Part shown: one piece after another, positions 1 to 12,385 of the stretch | Layout: each line of letters opens with the position of its first letter | Numbering within the stretch: position 1 is the stretch's first letter | Program-made: the position numbers and the translations under genes | Notes under the pieces: model-generated | What the model was told of the DNA's origin: nothing | Database searches by the model: none | Seen by the model: only the letters and a program-made list of their open reading frames with translations | Source: Octopus bimaculoides | Taxonomy: Eukaryota | Length of the DNA: 64,000 nucleotides | Assembly (NCBI RefSeq): GCF_001194135.2 | Contig: NC_068982.1 | Span: forward strand, 163,293,699 to 163,357,698 | Direction: 5' to 3'

Positions 1-115
1 AGAGTGGCTCAAGGTCTGAGAGTTTTGTGCATTGGCACTTAGCAAACTTGATAAATGCTAGTGCATGAAACTCTCGGACGTTGAGTCATTCTGTTACTTC
101 TGCTAAATATCAATA
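1..115. mobile_element. Fold-back MITE-like element, truncated by the window edge (family also at about 9.7 kb and 60.9 kb)
   Basis: 1-41 pairs with 52-92. The terminal motif GAGTCATTCTGTT(A/G)CTTCTGCTAAATAT recurs at 9811-9845 and 60950-60982. Confidence 0.6.
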
Positions 116-434
116 TCAATATATATATATACATATATATATATANNNNNNNNNNNNNNNNNNNNNNNNNNNNNNNNNNNNNNNNNNNNNNNNNNNNNNN
201 NNNNNNNNNNNNNNNNNNNNNNNGGTATGAGAGGTATTGGGTCAAAAAGACTCAAAAGTGTCAGGTAATGCTGAGTAAGTGCTATGGACAGACTATAGTT
301 AAGCTCCAGGTTCAATAATGATACGAATGAGGAGTCCAACATAGGTTGTGTATTAGCATTCATATATATAAAAATTAACAGAATGAGATAAAAAATCCAA
401 GGCTGTGAATAGTTTTCAGAACATTCATAAAGAG

Positions 435-482
435 GTCTTACAGCTGTTTCCAGGATATTTTATATATCCCTTTATCAGAGAC
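435..482 (-). ncRNA. Mirror hammerhead copy with mutated core (probably inactive)
   Basis: Reverse complement reads GTCT-CTGATAA-A-GGGATAT-ATAAA-ATATCCT-G-GAAAC-AGCT-GTA-AGAC. The G8-to-A change at 473 breaks the conserved C3-G8 pair. Confidence 0.5.
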
Positions 483-649
483 GGTGTGAGAAAATGTTTA
501 AGTAATAGTTAGTATAAAGAAGATATGAAATACAGAGTAAAGTGGAGGAATGAAAATAGACATATCTCAAGTCTGTTTTCATTCCTCCACTTCACTCTGC
601 ATTTCATATCTTCTCTATAATAACTATTACTTAAACGTTTTCTCGCAGT

Positions 650-697
650 GTCTCTGATGAAGGGATATATAAAATATCCCGGAAACAGCTGTAAGAC
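650..697 (+). ncRNA. Minimal type I hammerhead ribozyme motif
   Basis: GTCT (stem I) - CTGATGA - A - GGGATAT/ATAAA/ATATCCC (stem II) - G - GAAA - C-AGCT-G-TA (2-bp stem III, palindromic AGCU loop, GUA triplet) - AGAC (stem I). Predicted cleavage after 693. Deviation from canon: A.G apposition at the base of stem II. Confidence 0.6.
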
Positions 698-769
698 CTC
701 TTTATGAATGTTCTGAAAACTATTCACAGCCTTGGATTTTTTATCTCATTCTGTTAATTTATATATATA

Positions 770-965
770 GGCGCGGGCATGGCTGTGTGGTGAGGAAGCT
801 TGCTTCCCAGCTACATGGTTTCGGGTTCAGTCCCACCACGTGGCACCTTGGGCAAGTGTCTTCTGCTATAGCCCCGAGCCGACCGAAGCTTTGTGATTGA
901 ATTTGGTAGGCAGAAGTTACTGCCCCGTGTGTATTTGTCTGTGTATGTGCTTGTGCCTCTCTCCC
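770..965 (+). mobile_element. tRNA-derived SINE, CORE-SINE-like
   Basis: A-box-like TGGCTGTGTGG, B-box-like GGTTCAGTCCC, CORE-like GGCACCTTGGGCAAGTG, simple-repeat tail. Related copies at 14876-14968, 45375-45510, 61005-61075 and 63710-63820. Confidence 0.75.
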
Positions 966-1915
966 AAAGAGAGAGAGAGAGAGGGAGAGAGAGGGGGAGA
1001 GAGAGGGAGAGAGAGAGAGGGATATATATACACACACATATATATATGTATGTATACACACACACTTATGTACAAATGGAGGTATTGGTTGGAACAAACC
1101 AAATGACTTCTTTCTCTACAAAAATAACAGCTGTAGTTACTTTTAAGTTATATGTCAGTTGTACTGTTAGAAAAAACCATTTTAAGTGATATATCTGTCA
1201 ACATGCTCCTCCTTCATAGATATCTGGGCAGCAGGTTACTCAGTGTTTTATGCTTATAGTCAATATTATACAGTAATGAAGGAGGGTCAAAGTTGTTTGG
1301 CTAAAAATTTTGCAACATGGTAAGCTGTTCATTTATTGGTTGTTCCTTTTTAGTGCAAGGGAAAGAATCATCATACAAGGAGTCTATTTTATTTAATTTT
1401 TCATGAGTGAAGTTTAAGCTTAATGTAATGAAGTATATTATATAATCTTTATATATTTAATTTGATTTGTTTTCCTCTTGTCATACAGAAGCTGCCAGTT
1501 TCATTAAATTGAATCTCTTCAGTACAAAGAAATTCATTAACTTCAATCTCTTCAGTACAATGTAATTAAGGGTGTATTAATTACATTACATTATTTACAT
1601 TACAGAAGGAAGATATTTGACGGAAGCATTTCACTAGGGAGAAATAATTTTTGTTCATAGGTTTACATACACACACACACACACGCACACATACAGATTA
1701 TGACTTTTGTTACTATGCTAGTTTGGGAGCTCAACCATCAAGAGCTGAATAATTGCAGTATGTTTCTAATTAAAAATTGAGAATGACATTTAAAGACAAA
1801 GTATTCAATATACAAAGTATAATGGGCGTATTTATTTATCAAAATAATAGCTCATATTATTATAATAGTCAAAGCACTCACCTAACAGGAGCTTAATAAG
1901 TGTTGTAATGTAAAT

Positions 1916-1976
<61 letters not shown>

Positions 1977-3389
1977 TTCCACTTTGTGTACACCATCACC
2001 AAGTAAGGTATTGATCAAGTGGTGGATCTCTGTCATGATTTGATGATGAGTGTATGTGATGAGAGATTTTCAGTGGGTTTTGATAGTCAGTTCTAGTTGT
2101 CAATCAATGGAACAGCTAACAAATTACTGTGGATGAGTCTTAGACAAAGTCTGTTTGATATTGTGTGACAATGCCGGTTGTTTGCATTACAAATATTCTT
2201 CATATGATGGACATCCACACAATTTCTGTCTTCTCAGTTTGGTCCTGAACACTTGCATTGAACGGAAACTTTGATACAAGACACATGATTCTGCAGAGTG
2301 GGATTGAACTGGGGACCTTGTAATTGCACAGCAAACTTTTTAACTCTCTCTCTCTCGCACACACACACATGAAGCTGTATGTAATAAGAACCAGATCCAG
2401 TTTTAGGGTTAAATTAGATGATTTATGACTCGTGATTTGCATTCTCTAGGCTCAAAGGTGGATGAAATCAGTATTTCAACTTCACTAACCATTTAGTACT
2501 TCCATCACATTCATTAATGAGTTATACCTTTACAGAGTAACCATCTATAACCAAACCAACAAAGAAGCCTGTTTGTAACCCCCCGACCTGCTAGAAATAT
2601 CAGTTAAATTTCCCTCAAATTTCACACTACCATCTTAAAAAAAGGAAAGAAGACTACACAGAATTATGTAGTCCTCATATATAGGAGCCTCAGTTTGTCA
2701 GGATTAACCATGCATCAGTACATACAAGCAGGCCTAGGCAAGATTGTTCTTTGGAAGAGTGGTAGTTGCCTATGCATGCGAGTCTCCTATTGTCACACCA
2801 TCGATGTTGTTCAAAGGTAAGGCTGCTGCTTTAGAGTTGATACAGCTTGACACCAGTGCCATTGCAGACATTGCTGTGAAAGTGCAGAAGGTGAGAACAG
2901 ACAAACCAAAGTATCTTGTCTAACCCTCTAACAGTTCTTGCCAAGCCATCACCTAAGATTGGTATTTTATTATCGATTTGAAAGAATAAAAACAAAACTG
3001 ACCGCAGCAGGATTTGAACTCAAAGCAAAAAGTGTCATAAAATACTGTGAGTCATTCAATCCAATGCTTTAACAACTCTGCCATTTCATCACTTCTGTAA
3101 TCCTAGGTACCTAATCCTAGATTCGCTGGTAAAAGACAAAATTATCACAACTGGAACAACTTTGATCATAGGTCTGTTTGATGAACATTGACCTGGGGCT
3201 AAACAAAACAACACCCTATTTATAGCTAAGTGGTCTGAGCCAGTGATAGTTAAGTGTCCTGGTTATACATATAATGTAATGGCAGTGATATATACAAAAG
3301 AAAAAAACCATAAAAAAACCCCAACTATTAAACTTTTTTGGCCTGTAGCCTGGCATCCTATCAACCTGACCAACCGTATGGCATTAACA

Positions 3390-3476
3390 CACACAAAACT
3401 ACAAAGATGCATAAAATAAACACAGTCACACACAAACATACTCACATACAAATACAGAGATGCATTAAAACAGTCT

Positions 3477-3522
<46 letters not shown>

Positions 3523-4140
3523 CATGCATACATAGATAAATACACATACAGAGATATATAAACAGTCTCATACCCCACCCCGTGTATACAAATACAGAAT
3601 TGCACAAAACAGCTTCACATGTACACGCATAAATGCACACAAACAAACACGCTTATAGAGAGACAAATACAGTCGTATACATACAGAAATATAGATGTGC
3701 GCAAATGGCTATACAAACAGAAATAGTCACATGCAAAAATACAGATGCACATACACAAATGCAGAGCCTCACAATCACAGTCATACATATAAATATAGAC
3801 ACCAACACATGCATAAATATACAGGGACTCAGATACATATTCACACAGTCCCACACATTCACACATACAAATAGAGATGTGCAAACAGTCTCACACAGTT
3901 ACATACACATGCACAAATACAGAGTAATATAAACATAAACACAAACATATATAGACTCACAAAAATAGCTACACGCACACATAGAGACTCAAAAACAGTC
4001 ACACATACAAATTCAGATATTCAGCAGCCACACACACAGACACACACACACACAAACAATCATACACACCTAAACAGAGACCCTCCCCCACACACTCTTC
4101 CATCACATTCAGACACACAAACACACATGCATTCACAGAC
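3390..4140. repeat. Degenerate CA-rich low-complexity / minisatellite region
   Basis: Recurrent ACAAATACAGAGATG and AAACAGTCTCACAC motifs embedded in (CA)n. Confidence 0.6.
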
Positions 4141-4391
4141 TAATTCTCTAAAACAGTGGCTGTATCAAAGTATACAGAACATTATTTTCTACTCCCAGAT
4201 TCCACTCCTTCCCTCCCTCCTTTCTTTTCTCTCTTTATTAGCTTACAGTACTTGCTCCCTGGCTCTCCCTTCCCCACTCTATCCCCTATTTTTTCTGATC
4301 ATCCCACCCATTCAAAATGGAATATGATTTATTTTAAATACATTATCTAACATAATATACTACTTATGAAGAGAATATGTGTGTGAGTGTG

Positions 4392-4437
<46 letters not shown>

Positions 4438-4442
4438 CGTAA

Positions 4443-4485
<43 letters not shown>

Positions 4486-4617
4486 GAAGAGCAATAAACA
4501 CATACATAAATATAATACACACACACACACACACACACACACAAGCATTAAAAGAGATATGAAAATATTCTGTAAAGCTCAAAGAACTTAAATTCACATT
4601 TATTTCTTTGAGAGATT

Positions 4618-5355
4618 NNNNNNNNNNNNNNNNNNNNNNNNNNNNNNNNNNNNNNNNNNNNNNNNNNNNNNNNNNNNNNNNNNNNNNNNNNNNNNNNNNN
4701 NNNNNNNNNNNNNNNNNNNNNNNNNNNNNNNNNNNNNNNNNNNNNNNNNNNNNNNNNNNNNNNNNNNNNNNNNNNNNNNNNNNNNNNNNNNNNNNNNNNN
4801 NNNNNNNNNNNNNNNNNNNNNNNNNNNNNNNNNNNNNNNNNNNNNNNNNNNNNNNNNNNNNNNNNNNNNNNNNNNNNNNNNNNNNNNNNNNNNNNNNNNN
4901 NNNNNNNNNNNNNNNNNNNNNNNNNNNNNNNNNNNNNNNNNNNNNNNNNNNNNNNNNNNNNNNNNNNNNNNNNNNNNNNNNNNNNNNNNNNNNNNNNNNN
5001 NNNNNNNNNNNNNNNNNNNNNNNNNNNNNNNNNNNNNNNNNNNNNNNNNNNNNNNNNNNNNNNNNNNNNNNNNNNNNNNNNNNNNNNNNNNNNNNNNNNN
5101 NNNNNNNNNNNNNNNNNNNNNNNNNNNNNNNNNNNNNNNNNNNNNNNNNNNNNNNNNNNNNNNNNNNNNNNNNNNNNNNNNNNNNNNNNNNNNNNNNNNN
5201 NNNNNNNNNNNNNNNNNNNNNNNNNNNNNNNNNNNNNNNNNNNNNNNNNNNNNNNNNNNNNNNNNNNNNNNNNNNNNNNNNNNNNNNNNNNNNNNNNNNN
5301 NNNNNNNNNNNNNNNNNNNNNNNNNNNNNNNNNNNNNNNNNNNNNNNNNNNNNNN
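4618..5355. other. Assembly gap (one of ten)
   Basis: N-runs at 146-223, 4618-5355, 12386-12963, 20146-20155, 22661-22903, 28494-29213, 35860-36055, 36671-37406, 51207-52018 and 55158-55398. Most abut (TA)n tracts. Confidence 0.98.
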
Positions 5356-8031
5356 TTTGAATTACATGATGTTGTTGCAAAAGGTTAAAGATTGAATAAG
5401 AAATTCAAAGTTAAAAAAAAACAAAAAAAATAACAAAAAAATACAAACAAATCAAAACACACACACATGCACACATACACATGCATACACACACAATCAA
5501 ATGCACAACAAAGACACAACAGAAATCCAAAATAAAATAGAACTTACAATTACAAAAGAGAATTCTGAAGAAAAATAATTATACATAAATAATTTTCTTT
5601 TATTTCCCTTTCCTTTTATGTTTCAAATGAAAGAAAAAGTGGAACTACATTAAGGTAGAGAAAATACAAAAGAAGAGAGCAGAGAATGAATGAAAGACAC
5701 AGCAACCAAACCAACAAAAAAATATAAAAATCTCAAATGATTTTGCAAAGTATATATATAAAAAAAAGTATCTAATTCTTGAAAACTCTTCAGTTCTCCT
5801 AGAAAATAATTTTTGGCTCTCAGTGATGCCGGTCATGACTTAATAACACTAAAATATAGAGTGGATTGGTATAGCTGCTAGTCTTGGATGAAATATTTTT
5901 CACCATATATTGCAACACTTTGCATTCAAAGTTCAAATCTTGCTGAGGCCAACTTAGCTTTTTAGTTTTTCTAGGGTCAATAAAATACCAATGTAGGATG
6001 GCGGATTGGCAGAATTGTTAAGAGCATTGGACAGGATACCTTGTGGTATTTGTCCTGGCTCTTTGTGTTATCAGTTTGAATCCCATTGTTCCCTACCCAG
6101 TTTAACAACACCACCTGATACTTGGGTGTCTTTAGTTGAATCCACTCTAGCAAGTATCAGTTTGAGGATGTTTTCCTGCCTTCCTCTAGTTGCAGAGGCC
6201 TTGAAAACAACCATGAGCATTGCTCTTTCTCCTCACTAAAGAACAAAGCAAATAAAAGCCTTGAGTTGGTATATTTTTCCATTTTCTCCATAGATGTATA
6301 ATGATCACAGTAGATGTAGTTACAGTGGAAGTGAGTAAAAAAGGCAATAAACCTTTGTAGTAACGGAGGATTTTGTAGAGGGAAGTGGTGAACATTTTGG
6401 ATGGAGGCAGAAAAGATGGGTGTATTAGTCAGATGGAATAGAAAACATTTATATGTGTGTGAGTGTCTATGTCTCTGAATGTATGTCGGTGTGTGTATGA
6501 GATAGGGAAACTGAGAATGTGAAATTCAGAAGGAATATAATAACTGTAAATAGGGGTCAGGTGTACCTGTTCGGGTGACAAGAAAGGCCTGTAATCTAAG
6601 GTAGTGATTTGGTACAACTTGTAAACTGCCAGGCTAAATGTCCTAATAATATTTAGTTTAATCTGCCAAAATTCTGAGTTCAAATCCTGTTAGGATTAAC
6701 GTTTTATTTCATGCCATCAAGGCTTTTTATTATTTTCTTTATTTGCTGAGACTGAAAGAAGAGACAATGCCCATTAGTACTGAAGATTTGAAGATTGATA
6801 AGGTTGATTCCATCAATATTCCAATTAAATTGCTGTAGGTGAACAGTGGGAGGAAAGACAAGAGTTGGGAAAAAGATTCTGGAGCGGCTGATGTTATAGG
6901 GAGGAACAACTTGACATAGCTGTTAATGCAGGGCCAGTGGAGGAGTTGATACAACATGAGTGATGAAAGGTGGAGAGACATGTAGGTCATTTGATAATAT
7001 ATACATCAGTAGTTTGTGGGTATGATTTTAAGTTATTCCAACACCCCAAATAGCTGATGGTCTGATGCCTAAGTCAGGAACTGATATTGTACATACTGTG
7101 AAAATAATCCTAACAGGAATGTAACCAAAACTTAGCCTTTTCCCACAACACACCACAATGCACCTTTGTTCTAAAGCTGACTAGGCATCTAACCAAACAC
7201 TTCATTCATCTAAAATAGTAAATTAAATGATTAATATTAATGAAAATGTAATTTACAAGAAAAACAACCACAGCAAAAAAAAAAAAAAGAAAGAAAAAAG
7301 ATTAGTAATGAGAATTTTAAAAGAACACACTCTGGGATTGACAGGTCATTTATTAAGAAACATAATGAGATTCTTTAGAAAATCAAAACTATCCAAGCTT
7401 TCCTGCAGAATATGCATGATTAGTTCAAAGAATGTCTCCTGTTCTTTGAATTTTAACAAAAGAAATATTTTAGAAGCTATTTTCACAAATACCACCCTTA
7501 CTTGCAACACCACAGTCACCACCAGCCAACTATCCAACCAATCAACCAGCACCAGCACCAGCACCAGCACCACCACTACCACTGCTACCACTGGCACTGC
7601 TGTTGCCATCATCCTCATCACCATGACCAACAACAACATAACTGCCATTACCACCTCCTTTACTATCACTGCTACTCCTGTTTTTACTTTGCCATCATGG
7701 AAGTGGACATCATCATTTATCAGCATGTGAAACTTCCCAGCATTCAAATATGACATAACATTTAATTAAAAAGTTTGAAAAATCTCAAAATTGAAAGAAG
7801 GAGGAAAAAAGAAAAATCTCTCCACACACACACACACACACACACACCAATCACCATATTCAATATGCATTAAATTTTTTTTTTAAATTAAAATATTTCT
7901 CAAATAATAATAGTAAAGTTTTAATAGGAAAGTTTACTAAAAGCAAACCAGTGCAAAAAATAAATAAATCAAGTAATAACAACCAAACAAATGAAAAGAA
8001 AAGAAAACAAAACAAAATGAAACCACCTTAC

Positions 8032-8130
8032 CCACCAGGCACCAATGGTGTTAGTCAATGTGTCGCAGAAAAGATGTGTTACCCAGCATTGAGAAACACT
8101 TAATTGCAGACCATTGTAAATTATGTGAGC
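8032..8130 (-). CDS. Candidate internal coding exon, unidentified protein (AHIIYNGLQLSVSQCWVTHLFCDTLTNTIGAWW)
   Basis: Acceptor TTATTTTCACTGGTATTTCTCTAG|G, donor TGG|GTAAGG. 99 nt, phase 0-0, and only one frame is open. Unique, non-repetitive sequence. No homolog recognised. Confidence 0.45.
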
Positions 8131-8357
8131 CTAGAGAAATACCAGTGAAAATAATAAGAAAGCTGTAGCTTTTCTTATATCAATTTGGAGAATTGGTACA
8201 GCATTAGAACCAACTACACTGCACCAGGTAGTTACATCTCTTTAGTTACAGCTCTTTATGTCATGAATTCAGATACTGTCAATGTCAACTTTACCTTTCA
8301 TCTCTAAGGGGGTCAATAAAATAAATTACCAGTGAGTCTATGGTATTATTACTATTA

Positions 8358-8640
8358 TCATCATCATCATCATCATCGTTTAACATCCGCTTTCCATGCT
8401 AGCATGGGTTGGACGATTTGACTGAGGACTGGCGAACCAGATGGCTATGCCAGGCTTCAATCTGATTTGGCAGAGTTTCTACAGCTGGATGCCCTTCCCA
8501 ACACCAACCACTCCGAGAGTGTAGTGGGTGCTTTTACGTGCCACCGACACGATGGCCAGTCAGGTGGTACTGGCAACGGCCACGCTCAAAATGGTGTATT
8601 TTATGTGCCACCTGCACAGGAGCCAGTCTGGCGGCACCAT
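8358..8640 (-). mobile_element. RTE-LINE 3' end / RTE-tailed short element with (GAT)n tail
   Basis: Near-identical to the 3' UTR of the RT-bearing copy at 22333-22660. The (CAT)n run on + is the tail. Confidence 0.8.
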
Positions 8641-8803
8641 CATTATTATTATTCCGCTGAAGTTGACTCTGCCTTTCATCCTTTCAAGGTTGATAAATTA
8701 AGTACCAGTGAGACACTGGGGTTGATGTAATTGACTAGTCCCCTCCCTCAAAATTTCAGGCCTTGTGCCTTTAGTGGAAAGAATTATTATTATTATTATT
8801 AGT

Positions 8804-9020
8804 AAGGTGGCAAGCTGGTAGAGTTGTTAGCAGGCTGGGCTAGATGCTTAGTGACATTTCGTCTGTCATTATGTTCTGAGTTCAAATTCCATCAAGGTTG
8901 ACTTTACTTTTCATCTTTTCGGGGTTGATAAAATAAGTACCAGTTGAACACTGGTGTTAATGTAATTGACTAATCTCTCCCTCCAAAATTTCAGACCTTG
9001 CACATATAATAGAAAAAATA
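8804..9020 (+). mobile_element. tRNA-derived SINE, second family (central domain recalls MetaSINE-type elements; name unverified)
   Basis: GGTAGAGTTGTTAGC head, GTTCTGAGTTCAAATTCC B-box, and GGTTGACTTT(A/G)C(C/T)TTTCATC..TCGGGGTTGATAAAATAAGTACCAGT core, repeated more than ten times in the window. Confidence 0.75.
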
Positions 9021-9723
9021 TCATTGAGTGAAAGAGCAATGCATGCCATCAAAGTGACACTGGGCTACAAATATACAAAGCCCAGTCTACACATCATGGC
9101 TACCTGTCTGACAAGGGTACACCAAGCACAAGAATCACAACTGCATATGCACAAAATGATGATTTCATACCAAGATAAGCAGCGCGTGATCTTGCATGTG
9201 AGGCCCAGTTAGAATTTTCTTCAGGCCGAGTAGCCAATATTATTATTATTATTATTATTAGGATAATAATGATGATGATTATCATCATCCTTATTATCTA
9301 TTTATTAATGCAGTTTTAATGTTATAATGTTACTTGATATAAATCCTTCACTACTTGTTTGTTGTTTTCCTTTGTATTCTGCCTTTGTACTATCATGGCC
9401 CCTTGTGACTAATAAAAGAAATTATTACTATGGGTTTGGGTGGAGGTGGTATGCAGCTTACTACTTCAGAAGAGAAGAAGCCATTATCTTAGCCATAGAA
9501 ATAAGGAGAAGAAACAGAATGTCTGTAAGCCTGTTGTTGGTGAGTGAACCTTTGCCAATCAGCTAGCTGCAGTCTAGGATGCTTGTGTACAGCAACAAAA
9601 CTGTATCAGGTATGTTAGCAAAACTCTATGTGTCATATTTGAGCTATGTAGGGAACAGGTGACTAGTAAATTGAAGTACTATCTGTCGCTAAAGAGGATT
9701 CCTTGTTTCATATATATATATAT

Positions 9724-9845
9724 TTCATTAATATTTAGAAGAAGTAACTTGATATCAAACTTATCAAACTTGAGTTTGATAAATGCCAGTGCATGAAACT
9801 CTTGGTCTTTGAGTCATTCTGTTGCCTCTGTTAAATATTAATAAA
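9724..9845. mobile_element. Fold-back MITE-like copy with internally deleted left arm
   Basis: TTCATTAATATTTAGAAGAAGTAAC pairs imperfectly with GTTGCCTCTGTTAAATATTAATAAA. The right arm matches 52-115. Preceded by (TA)n. Confidence 0.55.
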
Positions 9846-11690
9846 AAATACATCTACTCATATTTTGACTTTTATTCTTCCTGTTTGTATTACACATGCA
9901 CACACACACACACATATGTGTATTTATTAAAATGCGATAAATGTTTACTGTCAGAAGAACTAATCTGGGTGGGAAGTAACCATACTCAATAAATATTTAC
10001 ATATATATATGTATTAGCTTGTCTTCTTATTACTCTCTCTTCCCATTATACTGTTTCTATCAAACCTCTTTAGCCACAATCCTTATGCAGCTCTCTATAA
10101 TGCTTACACTTCCTATATTCCTTCCTCTTTTACTCATCCATTCCTATCACTCTAATTCTCTTCCATTACTCTTTCTTCTGCCACCTTCTGTCTCATTCAT
10201 CATTCTCTTTTTCTCAGACAGATGAGCCAATCTCTGGTGGTGATGAATGAATGAACAGAGGTAACATAGGATAGAGGGGATTCTTTGGTCTTGCTGAGGC
10301 TAGACAACCTCTCTAATGCTGGTGCCATGATAAAATGCATGAAGTATGCTCTAGGAAGTGTTTAGTGACAGAATGGAAATAACACAGGTGAAAGACTCTT
10401 CAGTCTTCCTAAGGATAGACAATCTCAATAGTGCTTGTTCCACAATAAGATACACCAAGTTCATTCTGTAAAGTAGCTGACAAAAGAAAAGGCATCCAGT
10501 TGTAGAAACCATGCCAAAAATGGAATGCGATCCCTTACCTATTTACAAAGTGGTAACTCTGAATAAGAACTGACTCAGATGATGATGGTGATGAATATGT
10601 GCGTATGTGTTTAAATATATGTGTGCACTCATGCACGCGCATGCACACACACATGTACATACATATATAGAGGTCTGTCATGAGAGATCATCAGAGACTG
10701 AATCCTGGTTTTTGAGGTTTATAACTGTTTGTTGTTCATACATAAGGGAAAAGTGTAGTACAAGAGCTTTGGAGCTACAGTTGTTAATGATGATGACAAT
10801 CTACTGTGTAAGATTCTAGTTACTTCAAATGATGATGATGAAGATGATGATTTGAATGTAAGTATAGAAATTGAAAGAAATGGTAGTAGTGTAATCCTTT
10901 AAAATATAGAAAGGTTAAGAGACTGAACTGGAAAAGCTTGTCATATAGTTGTTGAATATTTAAAACAAAATATTCTCCTGATAGACACTTGTGTTTCTTA
11001 ATTTCCTCACTTCAGAGAAAAATTTCCTAAAACATGCTAGAAAATTATCAATTTTAAAAGAACTGAATTAAAAGCAGACAGTGCATAAAGACAATAAAGG
11101 AGACAATTTTCAGGCAAAATTGGTTCCTATAAAACTGGTATCAAGCTCTCAGAAGACAATGAAAGTCAGAACAGTAAAGAAACAATCTACTGTGAATATA
11201 ACATTAAAAAAATCCAACAAAATCCCAAAACAAAAAACAACCCCCCCTCCCAAACTATGATGATTATTACAATATCCTTTATGCCTTTTGTTCTTATAAA
11301 GAATATTATAGTTAATGGCTTGACAATAGGCATTGTAGTGGTACCAGTCATGCTTTAGGTTACCATAGAAGCAAAGGTCAGAAGGTGATAAAAGCACAAG
11401 AGATTATCAAACACCACAAATGATATTCTCATAAAAGATGCTGCAATTATTCAGAGTAAATTTTAATGTTTTCATGATCAAGTGGCATATATTCAAAGTG
11501 TGCTACTAATACACTTTTACACTATTTCTAGCTATTTCAAGTTTTATGCTCCATTTATTATTAACATCAAATACTATCACATGTTTAAAACATACAACAT
11601 TTATTCATACAACAAATTTATCATGTTATAACGGCCACCATTTTCCTTTTCTCTTTTTCATGATCCTACACACACATCTATCTATCTATT

Positions 11691-11741
<51 letters not shown>

Positions 11742-12239
11742 ATATATATATGCATATATATATGCGTGTGTGTGTGTGTGTGTGTATGTGTGTGTGTGTA
11801 TACACACACACACATTGTAATATGAGAATTGTAAAATATATAGATGTATACATTATAAATGGTGCAAGCATTATGGGATTGGGAACTCAATACTTGGGAT
11901 AGAGTGAAAATAACTTCTACTTGCTTCAGTCATAGAACTGTGGCCATGCTGGAGCACTACCTTGAATAGTTCAGCCAAACAGACTGACCACAGTACTTAT
12001 GTTTTAAGCCTGAAATTTATTGTTGCTCCTTTTTTGCTGAACTGCTAAGTTATGTAGACCTAAACAAACCAACACTGGCAAATATTATTTAAAAAAAAAA
12101 AATAGAGTAAACGCAGACACACAAACACATGCATATGTGAACAGACACACACACAGACACACACACAAGTATTAATGATGGGGTTGTTAAATTATTAAGT
12201 TATAAACAACATTTACTGGTGAAAGGAGATAATATTTTT

Positions 12240-12349
12240 TGCAGAGTTAAATTTATTATACATATTGGTTATTTGGAATTTCAAGTTTTGTCTCTTGTAT
12301 TTTATACACCCAGTCAGCCCAGTGTGTGTGTGCTATATCTGTGTGTGTG

Positions 12350-12385
<36 letters not shown>

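Larger units (their letters stand above)
372..760. mobile_element. Fold-back (palindromic) non-autonomous element, probably derived from a Penelope-like pseudo-LTR
   Basis: Arms 372-561 and 571-760 are reverse complements (190 bp each, 11 mismatches by eye, outer 80 bp identical) around a 9-nt loop ATATCTCAA. Flanked by (TA)n. Each arm carries a hammerhead motif. The Penelope origin is inferred. Confidence 0.8.

Noticed and set aside
770-850. tRNA gene
   Set aside because: Only A/B-box-like SINE heads are present. No cloverleaf can be completed, and the sequence continues into the SINE body.
6294-6330. 37-nt plus-strand exon candidate (TAG|...|GTGAGT)
   Set aside because: Isolated, adjacent to decayed repeats, with no partner exon or recognisable peptide.
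7346-7440. Possible terminal exon ETFFELIMHILQESLDSFDFLKNLIMFLNK* following the 8032-8130 exon
   Set aside because: In phase, but the acceptor lacks a polypyrimidine tract and the ORF is an extension of a triplet repeat. Unsupported.
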